From contig CP070695.1 in assembly GCA_020353515.1 (NCBI GenBank), forward strand, positions 2,180,292 to 2,244,291: 64,000 nt of DNA. The letters are read 5' to 3'. The notes beneath the pieces were generated by a model that saw only the letters and a program-made list of their open reading frames with translations, was not told the origin of the DNA and ran no database searches. The DNA comes from Candidatus Heimdallarchaeota archaeon. Lineage in GTDB: Archaea; Asgardarchaeota; Heimdallarchaeia; Hodarchaeales; Hodarchaeaceae. The translations under genes were made by a program, and so were the position numbers. Shown here one piece after another: positions 39,462 through 48,833 of the stretch. Positions within the stretch are counted from its first letter, which is position 1, and every line of letters starts with the position of its first letter.

Positions 39462-40469
39462 TTAAAAGAATCCTGTTGTTAAAAGTTCCTCCCAAGTTAC
39501 TTTCTCGAATAGATACAGAAATTCTTTAAATGTTACAATCGGTTTTGATGAATAAATGTGATCATCAATGGCTAGTCGTGGACAAGCCGAGTCTACCCAA
39601 GCATCAACCCAAGTAAAGTTTTCAAGATTCTCCAAATTAATATTTTCAGCAATTAATAGTATCTTAGATTTGTTATGGTCCTGAAGTATCTTCTCAATCC
39701 TTGAGACAGTGTAAGGATGGTGTTGGCCTAATTTTGAGCTTCCTATTATTCCCCAAACGTTCGCTGTTCGAGCCTGGGTAATTATATGATTTCTTTTTCG
39801 AATCAACTTCTCTCGTTCTATTGCAGAGAATTGTTTTATTTCTCCTGTAAATGGATCGAGTTGCAGGATGGGTATTGGTGTACTCAGAAGCAATCCATAT
39901 GTATGAAAGTAACCTGCATGAAGACTTATAATTCCATCTACTTGGTTAGGAAATCCTCTAATAGTATTGATATTGCATCCTAGTATCTGGCCTTCTTTTT
40001 GAACGAAACAATTAATCCCAATACTATCTAGATGAGTTTTTAACTCCTTTAAATTCCTCAAATGCTGAATAGTGGCAACTAAACCAACCTTATTCCAACC
40101 TAGCTCTGCCAGCTTTTCAGATAGCAGGAGGAAATAAGATGAAATTTCGAAATTAACATAAGATGGGATTAGTAAGATATCTAGAGACTTGCTATGAATT
40201 CTCTGATGAAATCCGAACTCATTATGTCCAAAATGGATAAGTAAATCACATTCAAACTGAATGGCCTTATTGATTGCCAGATCACAAACTCCGTAACTGG
40301 GATCACCCTCAACAATGATTTGAGACCCTAGGGGGGTTAAAATCTCAACTACTTCTTGGAGAGGAGTATCAAGCATTCCTTGAGGCATTTGAAGAAGGAT
40401 TCTTTTATACTGCTTCTTTAAAATCATCTCTTTGATTTTATCTATTTCAAGCTCGTAATAACTACTCAT
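39462..40469 (-). CDS. dph2: Diphthamide biosynthesis radical-SAM protein Dph2
   Basis: LLQMPQG, SYGVCD, HFGH, GQILGC, ACPRLAIDD, covering the three Fe-S cysteines. Confidence 0.93.
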   Translation of the reverse strand: MSSYYELEIDKIKEMILKKQYKRILLQMPQGMLDTPLQEVVEILTPLGSQIIVEGDPSYGVCDLAINKAIQFECDLLIHFGHNEFGFHQRIHSKSLDILLIPSYVNFEISSYFLLLSEKLAELGWNKVGLVATIQHLRNLKELKTHLDSIGINCFVQKEGQILGCNINTIRGFPNQVDGIISLHAGYFHTYGLLLSTPIPILQLDPFTGEIKQFSAIEREKLIRKRNHIITQARTANVWGIIGSSKLGQHHPYTVSRIEKILQDHNKSKILLIAENINLENLENFTWVDAWVDSACPRLAIDDHIYSSKPIVTFKEFLYLFEKVTWEELLTTGFF

Positions 40470-40577
40470 TATGTCTCAGCTATTTAATATAAGGATGTTT
40501 TCTACTCTTTAATAACTGAAATAAATAATTTCAGCTTTCTCTCTCGAACAAGCAAAAGAATTTAATACTTCAAATCT

Positions 40578-41507
40578 TTGAGAAAAAGTACTTTGCTTGA
40601 GACTTTTCTTATTGATCAAGGAATTATACAAACAAGACGATTTCGCCTTCTATGTGTTCCTGACTACCTATTTTTTAGAACTCACGCTCATAGACTTTAC
40701 CGAGAGTTTATTGGTATCCCTCGTTACTCTATCATAACACGAAAGGTCACTGATGAACTAGATCACCATTCAAATAAGACTTGTTCCTTAGAGAGTCTCT
40801 ATATTGTCGATGGATCTTCAGCTCTAACTAATGCTCCCTTTTATTTTCCACTTGCTAAACACTTAGATTTATCTATAGTTGGAACTAATCTTGATATCAA
40901 TGAACTCACAAAACTACGGTACATGACTCCATCAAATAAAAATTTTCAAAAGTATGAACCAATAACAGTTGTAAGTAGTGAGGTCATCTTCCATGCTCCG
41001 CTATTTGAGAGTGGGTTAGAATCAAATGCGGTGACACTTCCCCCATCATTTGATCTATTCCTCCAGCCAATAACAGTAACGAAAAATACAATAGCAGTGG
41101 GTTCTGTTCGAGAAATAGGTGAATTCTTTCCCATCAAATTCGATATAATGAGGATAAATTTAGGAGACTTTATTGAATATAATCAACTTTTCTCGAAACC
41201 TCCAGGGCTATCTGGGAACGCGAAATCGGCACGAAAACAAGCAGTCTTAGAAGGATTAAATATAATAATTCGAAGCTTTAACATTCCCATTATACTAATT
41301 TCGCTATATAAAATCTCCAAATTCTTCGCAACTTCATCTGACTCTATACGACATCAAATACAAGAAATTTGCGATCGTTGGAACTTTTCCGAATCAGTCT
41401 TAATTAATAATGAAAAAAGAAGGGTCTGGAAGGAAGAAGAGAGGGAAAAACTCGATTTTTTTTATGATGCGCTTGGTTACATAGTCTTATTCAATCGTTC
41501 TGTGTAA
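40578..41507 (+). CDS. Hypothetical protein, possibly with a degenerate N-terminal PIN-like domain
   Basis: 309-aa ORF; SIITRKVTDEL and LAKHLDLSIVGTNLD weakly recall PIN motifs. Confidence 0.6.
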   Translation: MRKSTLLETFLIDQGIIQTRRFRLLCVPDYLFFRTHAHRLYREFIGIPRYSIITRKVTDELDHHSNKTCSLESLYIVDGSSALTNAPFYFPLAKHLDLSIVGTNLDINELTKLRYMTPSNKNFQKYEPITVVSSEVIFHAPLFESGLESNAVTLPPSFDLFLQPITVTKNTIAVGSVREIGEFFPIKFDIMRINLGDFIEYNQLFSKPPGLSGNAKSARKQAVLEGLNIIIRSFNIPIILISLYKISKFFATSSDSIRHQIQEICDRWNFSESVLINNEKRRVWKEEEREKLDFFYDALGYIVLFNRSV

Positions 41508-41698
41508 AATAAGACTATTATTACAGCTTCTCAACAAAATTAGGTCGCTCTTTCAATTATAACAGTTTTTACAAAAGGGAGAAGAAGTAAACGTGAAATT
41601 AATTGGTAATGGAATTAAATTTATATAATGTTGAAAGCTTGGATGAAAAGAAGAATTCTAAAAGAGAGCTGAAAAAAAAAAAACCAGGTGGCACTTAA

Positions 41699-42211
41699 AT
41701 GAGTGACGATACTCTTAAAATAGAAGAAATCATTCCCACAATCGAAAAGGTCAAGAATACGATCGTTACAATGGAAAAAGAGTTGGCAAAGAAGCAACAG
41801 GAGGCAGATGAAAAAGAAAAACTCTTAGTTGAGCGAGAAGCAAGGCTGAATGAAGCTCAAATTCACCAAACACAACTAGAATTTGAATATGCAAGTCTTG
41901 AAAGCGAATTCAAGAAAATATCTGATCTTTTTTCTGAACTCTCAGATAAAGAAGAAGTCTCACTTGATGTGAAACAGCTCCTTAGCATCTATATTGCCTT
42001 GCTCGAGAAAGTATTTGAGGGAAAACCCCATGCGAAGATCCTATATCTCTTACATGGAGGTAAATCTGAAATGACTCGCCAAGAACTAACAGCAGCGACA
42101 GGTTTCACTCCAGCAATTGTTCTTCATTCATTACATGAATTAAATCGGGCAGAATTAATCAATTATGATGAAGAAGAAGCTAAGGCTTCCCTTGTAAACA
42201 GAATATACTAA
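41699..42211 (+). CDS. Coiled-coil + winged helix-turn-helix protein
   Basis: N-terminal E/K heptads; KILYLLH...MTRQELTAATGFTPAIVLHSLHELNRAELI wHTH. Confidence 0.8.
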   Translation: MSDDTLKIEEIIPTIEKVKNTIVTMEKELAKKQQEADEKEKLLVEREARLNEAQIHQTQLEFEYASLESEFKKISDLFSELSDKEEVSLDVKQLLSIYIALLEKVFEGKPHAKILYLLHGGKSEMTRQELTAATGFTPAIVLHSLHELNRAELINYDEEEAKASLVNRIY

Positions 42212-42321
42212 TTTTATTTCAATTTTGAAACAAAGAAGATGTTTTTCATCTTAGGGACGAGTGGATAATCTCGAAATGTTATACTCATTTGAAAATATTT
42301 GGCGACATTTTCCAATTATAG

Positions 42322-43203
42322 TTGGAATTTGCCTTGCTAGTCAATGATTTCCTGATTACACTTGAAATTGAGAAAGGGTACTCACCGAAAACTATTCGGG
42401 AATACTCCTATGACCTGAAAATGTTTGAACGCTTTAATGGAAAACCATTAGAAAAAACTACAACTATGGACTTACGGCGATTTTTGCTTTATCTTAAGCG
42501 AGATAAAGAATACGCTGCAAGAAGTCTCCACCGAAAAATATGCTCATTAAAATCATTTTTCAAATTTTTGAAGAAAGAAGGTCTTATTTCGACAAATCCA
42601 ACTGAAAACATTGAATCCCCGAAAATCCCAAAGTCTTTACCAAAAACAATAACAATTGAAGAAACTATGAAGTTGTTAGCTACCCCAGACAATCTGAGAG
42701 ACAAAGCAATTCTCTATTTGCTTTATGGAACAGGTATGAGAGTATCAGAATTAAGTAATCTCAATATTGAGCAAATAGATCTAAAAGATAAAATAATTCA
42801 TGTAGTAGGCGGAAAAGGAGGGAAGGATAGAATAATTCCTCTTCCTAATGGAATAATAAAAATTTTGGAAGATTATATCATAACACGAGGGAGTACACAA
42901 GATTCAGCATTTATTCTGAACCGTTCAGGTAACAGATTAACTTCTAGGTCAATACAACGAATTGTCAAGAAGTATAAAAATGCAGCAAATTTGTTGGATA
43001 AAACATTAACCCCCCATACCTTACGACATGCGTTTGCTACTCATCTATTATCGAATGCTGTTGATATCCGTGTCATCCAAGAGCTCTTAGGACATGCTTC
43101 TCTTTCAACGACCCAACTCTATACACATGTCTCCTTAGAACATCTTAGGAAATCTTATGACTTAGGACATCCATTATCAAAACAACAGGTAATTGAAGGT
43201 TGA
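42322..43203 (+). CDS. xerA: Tyrosine recombinase XerA
   Basis: YSPKTIREY, TGMRVSEL, GKGGKDR, TPHTLRHAFATHLL, IQELLGHASLSTTQLYTHV. Confidence 0.9.
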   Translation: MEFALLVNDFLITLEIEKGYSPKTIREYSYDLKMFERFNGKPLEKTTTMDLRRFLLYLKRDKEYAARSLHRKICSLKSFFKFLKKEGLISTNPTENIESPKIPKSLPKTITIEETMKLLATPDNLRDKAILYLLYGTGMRVSELSNLNIEQIDLKDKIIHVVGGKGGKDRIIPLPNGIIKILEDYIITRGSTQDSAFILNRSGNRLTSRSIQRIVKKYKNAANLLDKTLTPHTLRHAFATHLLSNAVDIRVIQELLGHASLSTTQLYTHVSLEHLRKSYDLGHPLSKQQVIEG

Positions 43204-43213
43204 AAATGTAGGT

Positions 43214-43255
43214 TTTACCTATTATTGGGTCTCAATTTACTTATTATTGGGTCTC
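43214..43255. repeat. Tandem direct repeat, 2 x 20 bp with period 22
   Basis: TTTACCTATTATTGGGTCTC (43214-43233) and TTTACTTATTATTGGGTCTC (43236-43255). Confidence 0.85.
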
Positions 43256-43353
43256 TCCTCTCTTTTTTTGGTTATAATTCTAACCATTCAAAACAAAGTT
43301 GTATGAAATGAAATAGACAAAGAACTGCTTATGGTCATAGCATTTGGTTTTTT

Positions 43354-43698
43354 TTAGTTATTTTCGTCTTCAAAGACCCTAGAAAGTAGTCCACTCCAAG
43401 AGGTGATACCAAACGACACCCAATACTTACGCTGGATGACTTGAATAATACTATTCATTCCTTTACTCTTTGCAACAGGTCTGCGATGATATTTCCTATA
43501 AAATGCCTGTAGTTCATTAATAGCGCGTATTAATCCTTGTTCACCTAGATAGATTCCGTACTCACTATTAACAGTGCCAAATGTCTGTCGCATCAGATCG
43601 TTCCATGAGTGGATACCATACTCAACCCAATTCTTACTAATGACTGCCTCTGCGATACCTCGCATATCGATGGTCTTCGAACTTTTCTCGAGTATCAA
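43354..43698 (-). pseudogene. C-terminal fragment of a repeat protein (homing-endonuclease-associated-repeat-like)
   Basis: Two units of WVxxGIxSWxxL separated by AINELQAFYRKYHRRP; starts mid-repeat with an in-frame stop three codons upstream. Confidence 0.55.
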
Positions 43699-43731
43699 TA
43701 ATAACTAAAATCATAATCGATGGAAAATCAT

Positions 43732-43754
43732 AGACCCAATAATAATTGAATTAA
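43732..43754. repeat. Inverted copy of the repeat downstream of xerA
   Basis: AGACCCAATAATAA (43732-43745) is the exact reverse complement of 43241-43254, extending to 20/23 identity. Confidence 0.8.
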
Positions 43755-43873
43755 CCAAGGTCATAGAAACGGTTTTCAGTCCAGTTAGTACCAAAAATAA
43801 TTAAAACTTACAGAAAATCCATCAAATTTAGGTTCCACAAACGATCCAGTATGGAACTTAGGAGGCGTCCTAG

Positions 43874-44638
43874 TTATCAAAATCAAAACAGCTTGATTTA
43901 GAAGTCTTCATAAAACACCTTCTAAAACAACCTCTTAGTGTTATATGTTATCTATTATGGTTCATCTATCATAAAACTGAACAGATAGACATAACATATT
44001 CCATTAATCCGTTTAGTTATATTTTTCGTCATGAAAACAAATATAATATTTCAGGAGAGAATGTTTGGCAACACGATAAGAATATTCGATGGTTCAAAAC
44101 CAATCTTGTCCTAATATTCGAAAAACAGCAATGGGAAGATATTACTCAAAGATTTCAAAATTTCAGGAATATTGAAACAAATCAACAGACAAACTCTTAT
44201 GATACTTATCTCACTCTCAATCTTAGTAAAGATCGCTTATCATATACTGAACTAAATAATGATGAAATTATACAAATTCCATCCCTTAATTATCCGCTTC
44301 CCAAAAAATATCGTCCTTTTAATGGAGGATTGAATTTTGGTCTCATTAAAGACAATCAAATTGTGTGTTTTGCTGCAGCTCCTTACATATTGACTGAAAA
44401 ATCTTTTTCTTTTGCCATAATACGAAGTGTGGAAACGAAATTCCTCAAAAGAAGGCAAGGTTTTGCCTTGAAAACAGTTGGGTTGTTATGTAAAGAATTA
44501 TTCTCTCGTTTTAATGTCTCAAATATATTCTTATGGGTCGAAGAAAAAAATCTCGCAGCTCGCAATTTGTACCAGAATTTAGGGTTTTTAAAAGAATCAA
44601 AAATCTCTTTAACCTACTGTGACTTAAAGAGAGATTGA
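43874..44638 (+). CDS. GNAT acetyltransferase of about 254 aa lacking a canonical start (non-canonical start or frameshifted pseudogene)
   Basis: The frame of the 44330 ORF is open back to 43874. C-terminal GNAT motifs VET...RRQGFA and NLAARNLYQNLGF. AGGAGG lies 8 nt before TTA 43874. Confidence 0.65.
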   Translation, partial: LSKSKQLDLEVFIKHLLKQPLSVICYLLWFIYHKTEQIDITYSINPFSYIFRHENKYNISGENVWQHDKNIRWFKTNLVLIFEKQQWEDITQRFQNFRNIETNQQTNSYDTYLTLNLSKDRLSYTELNNDEIIQIPSLNYPLPKKYRPFNGGLNFGLIKDNQIVCFAAAPYILTEKSFSFAIIRSVETKFLKRRQGFALKTVGLLCKELFSRFNVSNIFLWVEEKNLAARNLYQNLGFLKESKISLTYCDLKRD

Positions 44639-44725
44639 AAATTTATTTTAGAGACTCAGTATGTTGAGAGTATAATCCATCTTGAATCTTCTTAAAAACT
44701 TCAAAAATGGCTGTAGGTTATAAAT

Positions 44726-45778
44726 CTAGGGATTATCAGCAAAAATCAGAACTTCTTTCACTTTTTTCTCCTTTGATGTAAGAGCGTATTTATAATCTTT
44801 GATAAATAAGGAAACATCTTCCTTGTAATTAAATAGAATATTTTTCAATGCTTCAATGCTTGGTATTCCAGGATCCCGGTAAGAAATCACTAGCTTAGAA
44901 TCTTGAAATTTTGATATTGATTCTTCAAAGGCCTTTAATATCTGTTTTGGATCGTTCCAGTCATTTTTAATTAACTTCAATCTCTTATGCTTAGAATCAC
45001 GGTCAATCAAATCCTCCCACTTATCGTAATCGCAAATTCCTTCAAGGAAATGATAATAATCTCTATAATCTACTCCAACCCCTTTTAGAGAAATATACGG
45101 GGGATCCAGATAAACTAGGTCATAACCTTCATCTGGGATAGGGACATCCTGGATAGCAAAATTGATCGCTTTATTAACCCTTGAATTATCATATATTGCC
45201 TGATTTCCTTCTTTTAATGCTCGTAGCATCAATTCTAGGAAGGGAGTATCCCATGTCTTTTTGTTCCCGAAACTGCGTTTAACATTATTCAAACGGAGAT
45301 AAAGGTTTTTCCTGTGGAAAAGATTAAATGGGCGTTTTTGAATACAGGCTTGAAAAAGAACAAAAAAAGCAAGTGATTTTTCGTATTGATCTTCTAAATA
45401 TGAAATGTTTTGAACTACAATGTCTAATAACTTATCTTCAGCATTAGTATAATAAATGCCTTTAAATTGGTCTTGGATAGTTGTACGATAGTTATATCCA
45501 TTTTTTCTGTGAAAAAGTGATTCTATTTTTGATGGATCCAATTTTTTGGAATTGTTTTCAATCAGTGCTTTTCCGATGTACCAGTTTGATGTAAGGAGGT
45601 CATTATAGGTGATCTCTTTCCCCATAATTTTAAGCATATAACTAACCGCACCAGTCCCTCCAAAGGCATCTAATGCAGTATCAAAATCGATTTTCCGAAA
45701 GATAGGATGAAACCAATTGAGTAATTTGAGTTTACTTCCCTGATATCTAGTTTGTGGAAAAGAAACCTGCATTCTCAT
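44726..45778 (-). CDS. DNA adenine methyltransferase (Dam/D12 class)
   Basis: RYQGSKLKL, DAFGGTGAV, YND, LVYLDPPY. Confidence 0.9.
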   Translation of the reverse strand: MRMQVSFPQTRYQGSKLKLLNWFHPIFRKIDFDTALDAFGGTGAVSYMLKIMGKEITYNDLLTSNWYIGKALIENNSKKLDPSKIESLFHRKNGYNYRTTIQDQFKGIYYTNAEDKLLDIVVQNISYLEDQYEKSLAFFVLFQACIQKRPFNLFHRKNLYLRLNNVKRSFGNKKTWDTPFLELMLRALKEGNQAIYDNSRVNKAINFAIQDVPIPDEGYDLVYLDPPYISLKGVGVDYRDYYHFLEGICDYDKWEDLIDRDSKHKRLKLIKNDWNDPKQILKAFEESISKFQDSKLVISYRDPGIPSIEALKNILFNYKEDVSLFIKDYKYALTSKEKKVKEVLIFADNP

Positions 45779-45829
45779 CTTCTCTGAAGGAGATCCTAAA
45801 AGAAATCTCCCTCCTTCTCATATTTCGAC

Positions 45830-47158
45830 TTAAATCTTTTCTATTCGTTCAGTAAACCCGATGTTAAGTTCCTCTAACTCCTTCAAGACTGGTTCATAAA
45901 TATGCTTCTGTACAGGAATTAGGACACCTTTATCGGTGATCTTACCCTCTAGAATCATACGTACGCCTATTGCACAGGGTAAACCAACTGTTCGTGACAT
46001 AGAAGTGGGGCCATCTTTGATTCCAAGATCAACCATAGTGCTAATGTGTCTTTCTTTACCTTCAGGTAATTCATATTCGAACTCGTGAACCATGATCAAC
46101 ATATCCCGCTCACTAGGCGAATATTGTAAGTTCTTTTCCCATAGGTAACATAACGCATCAAGAGGTGAAATTTTTGTAGAGGGAACTTCTTCATTTCCAA
46201 ATAATCCCATCCATTCGAATCTGTGGATGATATCATCTTCTGCAACAAGATTAAATTTTTTCATGAATTCTTGCTTTGAATCTGCATCTAATGGTTTCCC
46301 TAAGAGTTTATTTGTAAGCTGCGCATATGTAAATCCTGCAGGAAGTTCTAATTCTTCTATATCCATATAACCTGAGTCTGCAACCTTCTTAAGAGCACGA
46401 CACCATCCTGTATTACGGAGAGTCCCACGAAACATTGTTTTCGTTTCAGGAATCTCATAAATGTCTATATAAGGTGTTGAATCGCGATTAGGATAAGCTT
46501 CATAATCATCTTCTAAGCCCTCGACTGGATAAGGATAGTAGTTATCAAACAGGTCTTCACCTAGAATATCTACAATTTTTCCATCTTCTTGGTATTTTGC
46601 TGGATTACGGCCAGCCAGAATCACCCCTCGAGGAGACCATGACAATTTATATTTCCATGGTGTTGTTACTGCATCAGGAGCGGGTAATCCTCCACAATAA
46701 GATTTGAAAGAGAGAATTTTTCCCCCTTTTTCATGAACATCATCAATGATTTTTTTTGCTGACATGTGGTCTATTCCTGGGTCAACACCTATCTCATTTA
46801 GAATAGTGATCCCCGCATCTTTTGCCTCCTGATCTAAAGCTTTCATTTCAGGGCTAACATATGAAGTTGTTACCATATGTTTCTTGAATTTAATACACGA
46901 TTTCGCAACTTGAACATGGTAGATATAGGGAAGTAGACTGACAGCTAAATCACATTCCTTCACCAACTCATCGAGCTCTTCTTTGGAGGCTTTTGTAATA
47001 TCAAACTCCTTAGCTATCCCATTAGGATGATCTCCGATATGTTTAATAGCCTTACTTTTCGTTCTACTTGCTACTATGACTTGGAAACCATTTTCCAATA
47101 GGTATTTCACAGGAGGTCCAGCAACCATTCCTGCTCCAAGAATTAAAACTTTTTTCAC
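45830..47158 (-). CDS. Saccharopine dehydrogenase (glutamate-forming; Lys9/AASS-SDH-like)
   Basis: LILGAGMV, SLLPY, NEIGVDPGIDHM, SYCGGLP, YKLSWSPRG, AYPNRDS, RGTLR, MSRTVG. Confidence 0.93.
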   Translation of the reverse strand: MKKVLILGAGMVAGPPVKYLLENGFQVIVASRTKSKAIKHIGDHPNGIAKEFDITKASKEELDELVKECDLAVSLLPYIYHVQVAKSCIKFKKHMVTTSYVSPEMKALDQEAKDAGITILNEIGVDPGIDHMSAKKIIDDVHEKGGKILSFKSYCGGLPAPDAVTTPWKYKLSWSPRGVILAGRNPAKYQEDGKIVDILGEDLFDNYYPYPVEGLEDDYEAYPNRDSTPYIDIYEIPETKTMFRGTLRNTGWCRALKKVADSGYMDIEELELPAGFTYAQLTNKLLGKPLDADSKQEFMKKFNLVAEDDIIHRFEWMGLFGNEEVPSTKISPLDALCYLWEKNLQYSPSERDMLIMVHEFEYELPEGKERHISTMVDLGIKDGPTSMSRTVGLPCAIGVRMILEGKITDKGVLIPVQKHIYEPVLKELEELNIGFTERIEKI

Positions 47159-47219
47159 TTTTAGCTACTCCTTACTTATTAAGACGGTAGATAAATCTTT
47201 TTTTTTGGTTTTAGGGGTT

Positions 47220-48563
47220 TTACACGTCCTTAAATGTGTCAAATTCCTCAATATATTTATAGTTAGGTGTTAATTTTCCTTGGTGAGTAATCACCGCATT
47301 CTTGATGACTGGGGGCAGATCTAATTCAGCAAAGGGCTGTGAATAGTCAGCGGCCACGATCATCGGTACAAATGGCTTTAATGTCTCACTGAAACTAGTA
47401 GACGATTCTACGGGCAATTCACAAGGAAGATTATCCACTGCCATAATTGCTATTCCTGTTCCCTTTAACCCAATAGTTGCTTCATCAGTAAAGGGATTAT
47501 ATATAAATACTGGGTTATCAGGTTTCGTTGTCTTTAATGTGGCCTCAATACCCCCTTCTATATCGCAAGAAATATCACCGATGATTTGACATCGAACATC
47601 TTTGCCTGATTCAAACTGAGTCTTAAGAAAATTCTTAGTTATTAATCTAGGATACTTATCACTCCAGTAAATTGCATTAATTAGAATTGACAAGAAGGGG
47701 AAATATTGAGGAAAAACTCCACGATATTTAGCTTCACCATGATCATAGTAATGTTGTAAGTCAAATTCACCTTCAATTGGTTCAACCATATGTTCTTCTT
47801 TAAATACAACCTTATAAACGTGATTTGAAGAGAATTCCTTCTGCTTATAAAAATCTATCAATTCTGTTGGATCAATCTCTTTGATAGGTAGGAAATCTAA
47901 CATAGATTGAGCACCAGTAGAAACGTTTCCATAACCAGCAAAACCAACCACAAGAGGAACAAGTTCTTCTGGTAGCCCTTTTTCAATTATTTCTTTACCT
48001 ATCTCAGATACCGCTTTTCTTGCATCATCTAAAGTTTCATATTCCCAGGTGTGTTTTATTTTTAAAAATGGATTTTCTACATTTTTATTTGTCTTTACTC
48101 TTTGACCAAAACCCCAAAGAATCTCTATCATCCCAGCTAAGCCAGCCCAATTTCCAAAAAAGATAAGACGAAACCCCTTTTCATTTACCACCTTCTCATA
48201 ATCAATGAGAGTAGCTTTTTTCTCCATGATCTTTTTCAACATGGGCATGTTATGTTTTTGCCCTTTTATTGTGTGTGAAAAAAATATATAGGTTTTGGGG
48301 GAATCTTGAGCCTCAATGACTGGAAGAGGGATTTCTTTTATTGCAAAAATTACATCTGCTTCTTCAATGCCTGAAGTCACACTGACTCCTATTTCACGAT
48401 ATTCTTCATCCTTGAATGCACGAATTTCAGAAGATTGTATAATAAAATCAATAGATTCTTTTTCAATTAAGTCTTTCATATCGTTGGGAACAATGGGAAC
48501 TCTTTTTTCCCAGATATTTTTATTTTCCAACCTAATACCTATTCTATTTTTCATTAGGATCAC
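47220..48563 (-). CDS. Lysine-2-oxoglutarate reductase (AASS LKR-like, AlaDH/PNT fold)
   Basis: IGIRLENKNIWEKRVP, FFSHTIKGQ, LIDYE, GYGNVSTGA, NAIYW, DISCDIEG, VDNLPCELP. Confidence 0.88.
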   Translation of the reverse strand: MILMKNRIGIRLENKNIWEKRVPIVPNDMKDLIEKESIDFIIQSSEIRAFKDEEYREIGVSVTSGIEEADVIFAIKEIPLPVIEAQDSPKTYIFFSHTIKGQKHNMPMLKKIMEKKATLIDYEKVVNEKGFRLIFFGNWAGLAGMIEILWGFGQRVKTNKNVENPFLKIKHTWEYETLDDARKAVSEIGKEIIEKGLPEELVPLVVGFAGYGNVSTGAQSMLDFLPIKEIDPTELIDFYKQKEFSSNHVYKVVFKEEHMVEPIEGEFDLQHYYDHGEAKYRGVFPQYFPFLSILINAIYWSDKYPRLITKNFLKTQFESGKDVRCQIIGDISCDIEGGIEATLKTTKPDNPVFIYNPFTDEATIGLKGTGIAIMAVDNLPCELPVESSTSFSETLKPFVPMIVAADYSQPFAELDLPPVIKNAVITHQGKLTPNYKYIEEFDTFKDV

Positions 48564-48833
48564 ACTCTACCTAGATTTTCTCGTTTTATCGTCAATTAAT
48601 TTGAAAAATGCAGAACTTTCTCTTCTAAGATATTTGTTTAAAAGGATTTATTGATTATTAAATTATTCGTATGCTGCTTTCTTTCCTCGAGATTTCTCTC
48701 GCTAAGAAAGACAAAGAATCCCCCGTCAATTAAATTAAAACGAAAAAAAGTAATTTCAGCAAAAAAAATAAGAAAAATAAAGGTGTGGTATGAGATTCAT
48801 TTGAAAGAATGACTTTCAAGTGGAATTTAGAAA

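Noticed and set aside
42259-42286. Possible dif site upstream of xerA (GAGTGGATAA...TTATACTC)
   Set aside because: The arms are unequal and the spacer is 10 bp, not the 11-6-11 dif geometry.
43214-43255. CRISPR array
   Set aside because: Only two 20-bp units separated by 2 bp, with no spacers and no cas genes.
43943-43999. Imperfect hairpin ATATGTTAT...ATAACATAT
   Set aside because: AT-rich, lies inside the extended GNAT reading frame, and has the GTT/AAC order opposite to attC.
42322-44638. Integron interpretation (integrase plus GNAT cassette)
   Set aside because: The recombinase is Xer-sized without an evident IntI-specific insertion, and I found no convincing RYYYAAC...GTTRRRY attC site.
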